Source of the DNA: Actinomycetales bacterium
GTDB lineage: Bacteria; Actinomycetota; Actinomycetes; Actinomycetales; CAVURS01
Direction: 5' to 3'
DNA length: 20,000 bases
Assembly: GCA_045807245.1 (NCBI GenBank)
Contig: JBJMHS010000073.1
Span: 46,236-66,235, forward strand
A program made the position numbers and the translations under genes. Shown here piece after piece: positions 1-8,235 of this stretch. Under the pieces are notes generated by a model. The model was not told the DNA's origin. It saw nothing but the letters and a program-made list of their open reading frames with translations, and searched no databases. Each line of letters opens with the position of its first letter. The first letter of the stretch is position 1.

Positions 1-47
1 GGGCGGCCGCGGGGACGGTCGTCAGTCAGGGCGTCGGTCAACTCCAC
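1..47 (-). CDS. 5' end of a probable TetR/AcrR-family regulator (runs off the window)
   Basis: Minus strand GTG at 47 reads MELTDALTDDRPRGRP. The RPRGRP motif typically precedes TetR HTH domains. A -10-like TACGGT lies 7 nt upstream, next to a palindromic operator-like site. Only 15 codons are visible. Confidence 0.45.
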   Translation of the reverse strand, partial: MELTDALTDDRPRGR

Positions 48-54
48 AGCGGGG

Positions 55-91
55 ACCGTATCACGAAACGGAACAGGATCGTTTCGTAATA
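55..91 (-). promoter_or_regulatory. -10 element plus palindromic operator-like site
   Basis: Perfect inverted repeat ACGAAACG(63-70)-N9-CGTTTCGT(80-87), extending to TAT/ATA (59-61/89-91) past one mismatch. Minus-strand TACGGT at 55-60. Confidence 0.6.
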
Positions 92-158
92 GACCAACGC
101 TGCTCAGGCGAGGGTGCGGCGAGCCAGGCTCCGAGCTTGCGGCGTCTGGCGTGAAGCG

Positions 159-1016
159 TCAGTCGAGGCCGACGCCCAGACGGCGGGCCAGGGACATCGC
201 GTCGTACGGGGCCCGCACCTTGACGTCGTTGTCGAAGTACACGCGCACCGCCTCGATGTCGGGGTGTTCGGCCCAGCCGCGGACCCGGTCGGCCCAGCGG
301 TCCAGGTCCGCCTCGGGGTAGCCGCTGACGTACAGCTGGTCGGCGCCGTGCAGGCGCACGTACATGTGGTCCGCGGTGATCTCGTCGAACTGCGGCCACG
401 CTGTCCCGCCGTCGGAGACCACGATCGCGACGCCGTACTCCTTGCAGAGGCGACAGAAGTCGTCGTTGCGGAAGCTCAGGTGCCGTACCTCCAGCGCGTG
501 GCGGAGCCGCCGCCCACCGCGTCCGCGTCTGGCCCGTTGCCACAGCGGTTCGTCGCCGGCGCGCGGCATGGTGCGTTCGTTCTTGCGAGCCAGCGCCGCT
601 GCTTCGCCCTCGGTCCATGGCAGCTCCGCGAAGAACTCGGCCAGGACCGACCGGTCGTACTGGAAGTTCGGCGGCAGCTGCCACAGGATCGGCCCGAGCC
701 GGTCGTCGAGCAGCAGCGGGCTGCTCGCGAAGAAGGTCGCGAGGGCGGCCTCGGCGTCGCGCAGCCGCTTCATGTGGGTGACGAAGCGGCCTCCCTTGAC
801 GGCGAACTCGAAGTCTCGCGGCACCGCGTCACGCCATTGCCGCCAGTACGCCGGCGCCTGCAGGGAGTAGAAGGACCCGTTGATCTCGATCGTGCGCAGC
901 CGACTGGCGGCGTACGGGAGCTCCTCTCGCTGCGGCAGCCCGGGCGGGTAGAACTCACCACGCCAGGGTGGGTACCGCCAGCCCGAGATACCCACCCGGA
1001 CGTCGGCCGTCGTCAT
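159..1016 (-). CDS. DUF72 (YecE-like) domain protein
   Basis: 285 aa with family motifs VGISGWRY..WRG.FYP, IEINGSFY, FAVKG.RFVTH, LWQLPP, ALEVRH.SF, YVRLHG, VYFDND. Confidence 0.92.
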   Translation of the reverse strand: MTTADVRVGISGWRYPPWRGEFYPPGLPQREELPYAASRLRTIEINGSFYSLQAPAYWRQWRDAVPRDFEFAVKGGRFVTHMKRLRDAEAALATFFASSPLLLDDRLGPILWQLPPNFQYDRSVLAEFFAELPWTEGEAAALARKNERTMPRAGDEPLWQRARRGRGGRRLRHALEVRHLSFRNDDFCRLCKEYGVAIVVSDGGTAWPQFDEITADHMYVRLHGADQLYVSGYPEADLDRWADRVRGWAEHPDIEAVRVYFDNDVKVRAPYDAMSLARRLGVGLD

Positions 1017-1057
1017 GCCGCCATGTCTACCGTGGTCCCGATCCGGACCGCTCGCCG

Positions 1058-2071
1058 CTAGGCGGCGTACGGCGTGTGCTCGCGCGGTACGACCTCGCCC
1101 GCAGGCGGTGGTCCGGGTGGTGTGCCGGCTCCGAACGGCTTGCCGCCCAAGGACTCCCGGCCGTGTGGACTGTGCCAGCCGGCGAGGTCTGGTCCGCGCG
1201 GAACGAGCCCGCTCGGGTTGATGTCCTCGTGCACGACGTAGTAGTGCTGCTTGATGTGCTCGAAGTCGACGGTGTCACCGAAACCGGGCGTCTGGAACAG
1301 GTCGCGGGCATACGCCCAGAGCACCGGCAGCTCGGTCAGCTTGTGCCGGTTGCACTTGAAGTGGCCGTGGTAGACGGCGTCGAAGCGGACGAGTGTCGTG
1401 AACAGCCGCACGTCGGCCTCGGTGAGGTTGTCGCCCACGAGGTAGCGCCGGCGGGACAGGCGGGCCGAGAGCCAGTCGAGCCCAGCGAACAGGCGGTCGT
1501 ACGCCGCGTCGTACGCCTCCTGGGACCCCGCGAACCCGCAGCGGTACACGCCGTTGTTGACATCGGCATAGACCCGCGCGTTGACGGCGTCGATCTCCTC
1601 GCGCAGCGGCTCGGGGTAGAGCTCCGTTGCACCGGGCCGGTGATGAGCCGACCACTGCGTCGAGAAGTCGAGCGTCATGCGGTCGAAGTCGTTCGTGACC
1701 ACGGCACCCGTCGGCACATCGACGAGCGCCGGCACGGTGATCCCGCGGTCGTAGTCGGGGAAACGGCGACGATAGGCCTCTTCGAGCCGCGCGATGCCGA
1801 GGACCGGGTCCCGCCCGCCGGGGTCGAGGGCGAAGTTCCGGCTGCGCTCGTCGTGGGTCGGCGCCGCGATGGCCATCGGGAGGGCGCGCTCGAGGCCGAG
1901 CAGCCGGCGCACGACGACAGCCCGGCTGGCCCAGGGGCAGGCCCGACTGACGACCAGCCGGTACCGACCGGCCTCGACCGGGTAGCCGTCGCGCCCGTCC
2001 GCCGTGATGCGGGTGGTGATGTAGCGCTCGTCGCGGTCGAAACCGCCGGAGCTCACGAACGACGGGGACAT
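1058..2071 (-). CDS. Glutathionyl-hydroquinone reductase / YqjG-like (omega/xi-class GST family)
   Basis: Motifs GRYRLVVSRACPWASR, ITVPALVD, DVNNGVYRCGFA, LTEADVRLFTTLVRFDAVYHGHFKCN, HIKQHYY. Start set at ATG 2071 because the longer ORF overlaps the upstream gene. Confidence 0.9.
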   Translation of the reverse strand: MSPSFVSSGGFDRDERYITTRITADGRDGYPVEAGRYRLVVSRACPWASRAVVVRRLLGLERALPMAIAAPTHDERSRNFALDPGGRDPVLGIARLEEAYRRRFPDYDRGITVPALVDVPTGAVVTNDFDRMTLDFSTQWSAHHRPGATELYPEPLREEIDAVNARVYADVNNGVYRCGFAGSQEAYDAAYDRLFAGLDWLSARLSRRRYLVGDNLTEADVRLFTTLVRFDAVYHGHFKCNRHKLTELPVLWAYARDLFQTPGFGDTVDFEHIKQHYYVVHEDINPSGLVPRGPDLAGWHSPHGRESLGGKPFGAGTPPGPPPAGEVVPREHTPYAA

Positions 2072-2093
2072 CCAACGATCCTGACCCAGCGGC

Positions 2094-3581
2094 TCAGCGG
2101 CGGCGACTCGAGCGGTCGAGCACGAGCTGAAAGCGAGTGAGCCCCTCCCGCGCGGTGCCGTCACGCAAGGCGCCGTACCCGAAGACGAAGCCCGCCTGGG
2201 GAGCTCCGGCGCAGTACTGGCTCAACGCGTCCACCCCCACCGAACGCTCGCGCGCTCCGGCGACGACCGCGTCCGCCTGGGCCGCGTCACCGGACCGGAG
2301 CCGGGCGCTGACGTGCAGCCCGGCCACTGACGTCAGCAGCTCGAGTGGTGCCGTCGGATCTGAGGGCGCCGCCAGGTCCTGTTCGAGGTAGCCCACGACC
2401 TCGGCATGCCGCCGCCGGTAGACGCGCGAGGCGAGACGCAGGTGTCGGGCGAGGAGCCCGTCGGCCATGAAGCGGGCGAGCGCGGCCTCCGTCGCCACCG
2501 GGGTGTGGCTAACGCTGAGCTGCTTGGCTGCGCGCAACGCTGACCGCAACGACGGTGGCGCGACGACGAAGCCCAGGCGCAGCGTCGGGAGCAGCGTCTT
2601 GGAGAACGTCCCGACATACAGGACGCGCCCGGCCCCGTCGAGGACGTGCAGCGGCTCGAGTGGGCGGTCTGAGAACCGGAACTCGCTGTCGTAGTCGTCC
2701 TCGATGACAGCGGCATCCCGCCGCTGCGCCCAGGCGAGCAGGGCGGTCCGCCGGGACAGGGACATCGGCGTCCCGAGCGGGAACTGGTGCGAGGGTGTGC
2801 TGTACACGACCTTCGCCTGCGTGGGCAGGGCGTCGACGACCAGACCGTCACGGTCGACGGGCACGCCGACCACCCGAGCCCCGAGCGAGGCGAACAGCGC
2901 GCGGACCGGCGGATAGCCCGGCTCCTCGACGGCTACCACGTCGCCCGGTGCAACCAGCACCCGGCCGATCAGGTCGACCGCTTGTTGCGCGCCGCTGGTC
3001 ACGAGGACGTCGTCGGGATCGGCCCGCACCGAGCGCCCGGCGGCGAGGAAGCGCACGATCTGCTCGCGCAGCTCCGGATGTCCGCCGGGCTCGGCGTAGG
3101 ACCCGGGCCGGCCGGCCCCCGCCCGCGCCTGGTCGGTGAGGTAGCGACGCCAGCGGTCGAACGGGAACAGGCCGGCGTCCGGGATGCCGACCCGGAAGTC
3201 GAACAGTGGCGGCGCTGCGCTCGAGCTCGAGGTCTGCGGCTCGGCCGACCAGCCGCGCCGTGGGGTCAGGACACCGGGCGTGCGCCGCGTCCGCCGTCGC
3301 GGCGGCTGGACGTCCGCCGTGTCGGTCACGAACGTCCCTGCGCCGGCCCGCCCGGCGACGAAGCCCTCGGCCGTGAGCCGGTCGTATGCCGCCGCCACGG
3401 TGTTGCGCGACAGGCCCAGCTCGGCGGCCAGCGAACGGCTCGGCGGCAGCCGGTCGCCCGGCTGCAGGCGCCCGTCCGCGATCGCCGAGCGGAGCGCGCG
3501 GTAGACCCGGGCGGTGCGGTCGCCTCGACCGCCGCCATCGCGCTCGATCGAGACCACGAGGTCCAGCAGATCCATCGACAT
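2094..3581 (-). CDS. MocR/GabR-family (GntR wHTH plus PLP aminotransferase-like domain) transcriptional regulator
   Basis: N-terminal RLPPSRSLAAELGLSRNTVAAAYDRLTAEGF, then VTSGAQQA, TPSHQFPLG, IEDDYDSEF and the PLP-lysine motif GTFSKTL. Start is ATG 3581 or 3575. The upstream part of the track ORF overlaps the CMD gene. Confidence 0.92.
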   Translation of the reverse strand: MSMDLLDLVVSIERDGGGRGDRTARVYRALRSAIADGRLQPGDRLPPSRSLAAELGLSRNTVAAAYDRLTAEGFVAGRAGAGTFVTDTADVQPPRRRTRRTPGVLTPRRGWSAEPQTSSSSAAPPLFDFRVGIPDAGLFPFDRWRRYLTDQARAGAGRPGSYAEPGGHPELREQIVRFLAAGRSVRADPDDVLVTSGAQQAVDLIGRVLVAPGDVVAVEEPGYPPVRALFASLGARVVGVPVDRDGLVVDALPTQAKVVYSTPSHQFPLGTPMSLSRRTALLAWAQRRDAAVIEDDYDSEFRFSDRPLEPLHVLDGAGRVLYVGTFSKTLLPTLRLGFVVAPPSLRSALRAAKQLSVSHTPVATEAALARFMADGLLARHLRLASRVYRRRHAEVVGYLEQDLAAPSDPTAPLELLTSVAGLHVSARLRSGDAAQADAVVAGARERSVGVDALSQYCAGAPQAGFVFGYGALRDGTAREGLTRFQLVLDRSSRRR

Positions 3582-3647
3582 TGGCCCAATCAGATGAGGC
3601 AATCTTGGCTCTTTGACCGGGCCAAACCTAGACCTAGCGTGGTCCGC
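3581..3647 (+). promoter_or_regulatory. Promoter of the CMD gene with MocR-type direct and inverted repeats
   Basis: TTGACC(3613-3618)-16 nt-TAGCGT(3635-3640)-7 nt-ATG. Repeats TTGGCC(3581-3586), TTGGCT(3605-3610) and inverted GGCCAA(3620-3625). Confidence 0.65.
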
Positions 3648-4172
3648 ATGACGACAACGACCATCGCCCCGACCGCATCCTCCGCCGACGCCGACCGCCC
3701 CACGAGTGCGCCGGAGCCGCACGCCCGGATCGACATCGCCGCCCTGGCGCCGGCGGCCTACAAGGCCATGATCGCGCTGGACAGCCGGGCCCACGCGGGC
3801 CCTTTGCCGGCCGAGCTGACCGAGCTGGTCAAGCTGCGGGCCAGCCAGATCAACGGCTGCGCGTACTGCGTGGACGCGCACAGCGCGGACGCGGCCAAGG
3901 CCGGGGCGTCGCCCGCCCGGGTCGCCGCCGTCGCCGCCTGGGAGGAGGGGCCCTTCTTCACGCCGGCCGAGCGGGCCGCGCTGGACCTGACCGAGTCGAT
4001 GACCCGGCTCAGCGAGGGTGCACCGCGGGTGCCCGACGAGGTCTGGTCGTCGGCCGCCGAGCACTACGGCCCGGAGGAGATGGCTCAGCTGGTCATGCTG
4101 CTGGCCACCATCAACGCCTGGAACCGGATCGGCGTCGGCACCCGGATGGTGCCCGACTCGTACCAGGTCTAG
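3648..4172 (+). CDS. Carboxymuconolactone decarboxylase / AhpD-like protein
   Basis: ELVKLRASQINGCAYCVDAH (CxxC), FTPAERAAL and INAWNRI. Divergent from the MocR regulator. Confidence 0.9.
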   Translation: MTTTTIAPTASSADADRPTSAPEPHARIDIAALAPAAYKAMIALDSRAHAGPLPAELTELVKLRASQINGCAYCVDAHSADAAKAGASPARVAAVAAWEEGPFFTPAERAALDLTESMTRLSEGAPRVPDEVWSSAAEHYGPEEMAQLVMLLATINAWNRIGVGTRMVPDSYQV

Positions 4173-4200
4173 CCCGAGTCGGGCACCGTCCCGTCAGCGG

Positions 4201-5307
4201 TCAGTCGGCGGCGAGGCTCAGCGTGCCCAGGAGGCCGTGGGTCTCGTCGTCCGGACCGGCGGTGAAGATGATCTCGTCGGTACCGCCCTCGGTCCCGTTG
4301 CCCGGCAGGATCGCCCAGAGACCGTCGATGACCACCGGGTTGCCATGTGTGTCGAGCAGGACCCCGCGCCGAGCGAACGTGGTCGGGTCGAACGCGTGGA
4401 TCCGCCCGTCGCCGAAGTTGCCGACGAGCAGGTCGCCTGTCAGGTCACCGAAGCCGGCGGGTGCGATGGTCATGCCCCACGGCGCGTTGAGCCGCTCGGT
4501 GTGCTGCATCCGCTGCACGAGCGTGCCGTCCAAGGTGTACCGGTCGACTCGACCCAGACCCGGACCGTGCACCTCGTCGCCCTCGTCGTTTCGCTCCGCG
4601 TACGCGACGTACACCGCCTCACCGGCGACCATGACGTTGAACGGCGCGAAGTCGGCCGGCAGCTGGGAGTCCGTGAACGCGCCCGGGATCTTGATCCGGC
4701 CCCACTTCGGTCCGTACATCTCGACCTCGCCGGTGGCGAAGTTGGCGGCGTACAGCCGAGGCCGCGCGCCCACCTGCCCCATGGCCACCCCGGTGTACGC
4801 CGATCCCTTGCTCACCTTGACGTTCTGAGCGTGCGTCGACGGCGGCGTGCCGCCGTTCGTCCCGACGGCGGGGTTCCATCCCGTGATGTGGCCGGTCAGG
4901 CCGACGAAGATGAAGAACGCCGGACCGCTGGTGCCATCGGGGGCCTTGACGACGAAGTCGGGGGTGCTGTTCGAGACCTGACCCGTGGGCAGGCCACCGG
5001 GGATCGACACCACCAGCGGAACGATGGTCTGGGGCGACCCGTGCACGCCGCCGGAGTACAGCGTCGTGACGCCCGTGCCGTTGTCAGACACCCACAGCGG
5101 GCTGTTGCCGAGGTACGACGCACCCCAGGGGTTGACCAGGTTGGGGTCCATGATCTCCGCGACACCAGCCTGGTCGGACACGAGGTTGGTCTGGACGTAG
5201 CGGCTGATGGGGGTGGGCGCAGCCGTGGCGGCGGACGGCATCACAAGCGCGAGGCCGAGACATGCGCCCGCCGCCGCAGCGGCTGGACGCCAGCGAGCAA
5301 CGTTCAT
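4201..5307 (-). CDS. Secreted TIGR03118-family protein
   Basis: Signal-peptide-like N-terminus, motifs YVQTNLVSD, LVNPWG, WVSDNGTG, FAPFNV, LNAPWG, LLVGNFGDGRI, IDGLW, FTAGPDDE.HGLLG. RBS AAAGGAG. Confidence 0.85.
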   Translation of the reverse strand: MNVARWRPAAAAAGACLGLALVMPSAATAAPTPISRYVQTNLVSDQAGVAEIMDPNLVNPWGASYLGNSPLWVSDNGTGVTTLYSGGVHGSPQTIVPLVVSIPGGLPTGQVSNSTPDFVVKAPDGTSGPAFFIFVGLTGHITGWNPAVGTNGGTPPSTHAQNVKVSKGSAYTGVAMGQVGARPRLYAANFATGEVEMYGPKWGRIKIPGAFTDSQLPADFAPFNVMVAGEAVYVAYAERNDEGDEVHGPGLGRVDRYTLDGTLVQRMQHTERLNAPWGMTIAPAGFGDLTGDLLVGNFGDGRIHAFDPTTFARRGVLLDTHGNPVVIDGLWAILPGNGTEGGTDEIIFTAGPDDETHGLLGTLSLAAD

Positions 5308-5356
5308 GGTGAGCTCCTTTGACCATGGGCCGCTCGGGCCGGGCGACCCGCATACG

Positions 5357-5382
5357 TACGGCGGCCGCCCCGATCCGGTTCA
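5357..5382 (-). promoter_or_regulatory. Candidate ECF sigma-factor promoter
   Basis: Minus strand TGAACC-N16-CGTA about 50 nt upstream of the TIGR03118 start. Confidence 0.4.
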
Positions 5383-5431
5383 ACGTGACGGCGGATAGTT
5401 CCTGGCCCCTGGTGCGCGGGCTGTCCGCAGG

Positions 5432-5459
5432 CCGGGCGGGGGGTTAGCCCCCCGCCCGG
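5432..5459. repeat. Perfect 12-bp inverted repeat in a divergent intergenic region
   Basis: CCGGGCGGGGGG-TTAG-CCCCCCGCCCGG. Confidence 0.85.
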
Positions 5460-5544
5460 TTCGCAAGACAGCACCCGTGATCTGCCCGCGTGCGCCCGGG
5501 AGCGTTGAGACGTTCCCGCAACCACGTCTGGAAGAGGCATCACC

Positions 5545-7752
5545 GTGGCGTCCACCGCAACCGAACCCCGTCGCCCCGCCACCGTGCGCGTCGCCCGCTG
5601 GAGCGCGACCCACCCCTGGCGGGCCATCGCCCTGTGGGTCGTCTTCGTGGCCGCCGCAGTGGCGATCGGCAGCTCCGCCGGCACCAAGGAGGTCAGTGAC
5701 CTCGACACGACGGTCGGGCAGGCCGGCCATGCGGCCCGCGTCATCCACGACGCCGGTCTCGAGGCGCCCGACACCGAAGACGTCCTGATCACGACCAGGA
5801 CCGGTACGGCGAATGCCGCCACCCAGCGGGTGGCGACGGACGTCGTACGCCGTATGAAGGCCGTGCCCGGCGCGGCCTCCGTGGCCGACCCGGTCCGCTC
5901 GAAGGACGGGCGCTCGCTGCTCGTCGAAGTCACACTGGACCGTTCGGTCGACTCCGCCACGCCGTTCCAGGCTGTCACCACCGCGGTCCAGCAGGCCCAC
6001 CCGGAGCTGCTCGTCGAGCAGGCCGGGTCGCTGTCGATCAACGACGCCGTCGACCAGCAGGTCGGCGAGGACCTCGGTGCCGCGGCGACGTACAGCCTGC
6101 CGGTGACCCTGCTGATCCTGCTCGTCGCGTTCGGCGCGATCCTGGCCGCCGGCGTGCCGGTGCTGCTCGCGTTGTCAGCGGTGGTGACGGCGACCGGTCT
6201 GTCGGCGCTCGTCTCGCACGTGATCCCGGACTCGGGGTCGACCTCGAGCATGATCCTGCTGATGGGCATGGCCGTCGGCGTGGACTACTCGCTCTTCTAC
6301 GTCAAACGGGCCCGTGAGGAGCGCCAGCGCGGCCGCACGCACCTCGACGCGATCGAGATCGCGGCCGAGACCTCGGGTCACTCGGTGTTGGTGTCGGGCG
6401 CAGCCGTCATCGTGTCCATGCTCGGCCTGTTCCTCGCCCGCGACATCGTGTTCGCGTCGCTGGCGGCGGGCTCCATCGTCGTGGTCGCCGTCGCCGTGCT
6501 CGGGTCGCTCACGGTGCTGCCCGCCGTACTGGTCAAGCTGGGCCGGGCGGTCGACCGTCCGCGCGTGCCGTTCCTGTGGCGGCTGGCGACCCAGACCCGC
6601 GAACCGCGGCTCTGGCCGGCCATTCTCAAGCCCGCCCTGCACCGACCGGGGCGCACGTTCGCCGTGGCCGTCCTCCTGCTTGGAGCGCTCGCCGTACCCG
6701 CGCTCGGCATGAAGCTGTCCTCCGACACCGCGCAGTCGCTGCCGACCGTCATCCCGGAGGTGCAGACGCTGCACCGCCTCACCGACGCATTCCCTAGCCG
6801 CAACACGACGAACGCCATCGTCGTCAAGGCGCCGGCCAGCCGGTCCGACGAGGTCGCCCGGCGGCTGAACGCGTTGCAGCGCAACGCCGCCCAGTCCGCG
6901 CTCTTCGACATGGGTCATGGTCAGCAGCCCCTCCGCGTCTCTGCGGACAAGACCGTGCACCTGCTCGACGTCGACACGCCGTACGACGCCGAGTCGGGTC
7001 AGGCGCACCGCGCGCTCGACGTGCTGCGCGGTGACCTGGTGCCGCAGACCACGGCCGGCATTCCGGGGGCGCAGGCCTGGGTCGGCGGCGAGACGGCCGA
7101 GAGCGTCGACGAGGACCACCACCTGGCCGTCGGTCTTCCGTGGGTCGTGGCGTTCGTGGTCGGCCTGACCATGCTGATCATGGGATGGGTGTTCCGCTCC
7201 GTGGTCATCGCGGTCACCACTGCGTTCGTCAACCTGCTGTCGGCGGGTGCCGCGTTCGGCGTCCTGGTGCTGGTTTTCCAGCACACGTGGGCGGAGCACC
7301 TGCTCGGCTTCACGTCAACGGGTGCGGTGATCAACTGGGTGCCGCTGTTCACGTTCGCCGTGCTGTTCGGGCTGTCGATGGACTACCACGTTTTCGTGAT
7401 CAGCCGGATCCGAGAGGCCGCGGCGGAAGGACTGTCGACGCGGCAGGCCGTGGCGCGTGGCATCACGCGGTCGGCCGGGACGGTGACCAGTGCCGCGCTC
7501 GTGATGGTGTCGGTGTTCGCGATCTTCGCCTCGCTGCACATGGTCGAGATGAAGGAGCTCGGTCTGAGCCTGGCGGCCGCGGTGCTCATCGACGCCCTGG
7601 TGGTCCGGACGATCGTGCTCCCGGCGCTCATGACGATGCTCGGCCGGTTCAACTGGTGGCCGGGAGGGGTGCCCGGGCGCCCGGGCTCGGGACCGTCGGC
7701 CGTCGAGCGTGGTCCGGTGGTCGCAGGCGAGCTGGTCGGGTCGCGCTCGTGA
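5545..7752 (+). CDS. MMPL-family (RND superfamily) membrane transporter
   Basis: 735 aa in two repeated halves, with GMAVGVDYSLFYVKRAREE and LFGLSMDYHVFVISRIREA, SAGTVTSAALVM and DALVVRTIVLPALM..LGRFNWW. RBS GAAGAGG. Confidence 0.93.
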   Translation: MASTATEPRRPATVRVARWSATHPWRAIALWVVFVAAAVAIGSSAGTKEVSDLDTTVGQAGHAARVIHDAGLEAPDTEDVLITTRTGTANAATQRVATDVVRRMKAVPGAASVADPVRSKDGRSLLVEVTLDRSVDSATPFQAVTTAVQQAHPELLVEQAGSLSINDAVDQQVGEDLGAAATYSLPVTLLILLVAFGAILAAGVPVLLALSAVVTATGLSALVSHVIPDSGSTSSMILLMGMAVGVDYSLFYVKRAREERQRGRTHLDAIEIAAETSGHSVLVSGAAVIVSMLGLFLARDIVFASLAAGSIVVVAVAVLGSLTVLPAVLVKLGRAVDRPRVPFLWRLATQTREPRLWPAILKPALHRPGRTFAVAVLLLGALAVPALGMKLSSDTAQSLPTVIPEVQTLHRLTDAFPSRNTTNAIVVKAPASRSDEVARRLNALQRNAAQSALFDMGHGQQPLRVSADKTVHLLDVDTPYDAESGQAHRALDVLRGDLVPQTTAGIPGAQAWVGGETAESVDEDHHLAVGLPWVVAFVVGLTMLIMGWVFRSVVIAVTTAFVNLLSAGAAFGVLVLVFQHTWAEHLLGFTSTGAVINWVPLFTFAVLFGLSMDYHVFVISRIREAAAEGLSTRQAVARGITRSAGTVTSAALVMVSVFAIFASLHMVEMKELGLSLAAAVLIDALVVRTIVLPALMTMLGRFNWWPGGVPGRPGSGPSAVERGPVVAGELVGSRS

Positions 7753-7776
7753 CAGCACGCGCCTACGGTGCGAGCC

Positions 7777-8136
7777 ATGGCCACCTATGCCGTGAACGAG
7801 GCCGCGGTCGCACACGTTGCCGACCTGATCGACAAACGGCAGTACGTGCTCGACTCCGAGTGGAGCCAGGTGCAGCCGGGTGCCGAGGTGCAGAACGCCT
7901 ACCTCAAGAACCACTCGTGGGAGGAGTACGCCGCGTGGCACCTCGGTCTGACTGAGGGTGCGACCGACGAGACCAAGGCGCGGTACGCGTTCGTGGTCGG
8001 CGACTTCCGGCGGGTACACCGGACGGCGCTGATCGCGAGCGTGTACCGCGCTTCGGAGTGGTGGCACAAGGACATCGAGCTGGCCGCACACGACCTGCTC
8101 CAGCGGCTCGACCGGGTGGCTCGACCGCCGAAGTAG
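7777..8136 (+). CDS. Hypothetical protein (119 aa)
   Basis: Globular, aromatic-rich composition and strong GC3 codon bias. TACGGT lies 7 nt before ATG 7777. Confidence 0.8.
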   Translation: MATYAVNEAAVAHVADLIDKRQYVLDSEWSQVQPGAEVQNAYLKNHSWEEYAAWHLGLTEGATDETKARYAFVVGDFRRVHRTALIASVYRASEWWHKDIELAAHDLLQRLDRVARPPK

Positions 8137-8165
8137 AGAGCGCACTATCAGGACCGTCTGACTGA

Positions 8166-8218
8166 AGCTCGTTGTAGGACAAGAGTTTCCACAAGCTCTG
8201 GTGGTTCACAACGATGCT
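8166..8218 (+). other. 53-nt imperfect hairpin upstream of the DUF222/HNH promoter
   Basis: AGC/GCT (8166-68/8216-18), TCGTTGT/ACAACGA (8169-75/8208-14), inner AGAGTTT-CCAC-AAGCTCT (8182-8199). Confidence 0.6.
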
Positions 8219-8235
8219 GTGGACACGTGTCGGAA

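Noticed and set aside
95..135. GCCAGGCTC resembling part of an SAH riboswitch
   Set aside because: The conserved upstream GAGGAGCG segment is missing and there is no downstream gene on that strand.
114..2140. Long + strand ORFs (114-1061, 968-2140) and similar antisense or alternate-frame ORFs throughout the window
   Set aside because: They are shadows of well-supported genes in high-GC DNA, where stop codons are rare, and they carry no recognisable motifs.
2787..4064. N-terminal extensions of the MocR (to 4064) and CMD (from 2787) ORFs
   Set aside because: Each extension overlaps the other gene. Domain boundaries and the promoter support starts at 3581/3575 and 3648.
4172..4200. GCCCGA-G-TCGGGC as a terminator between the convergent CMD and TIGR03118 genes
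   Set aside because: The stem is short, the loop is too small and there is no U-tract, so it could easily arise by chance at this GC content.
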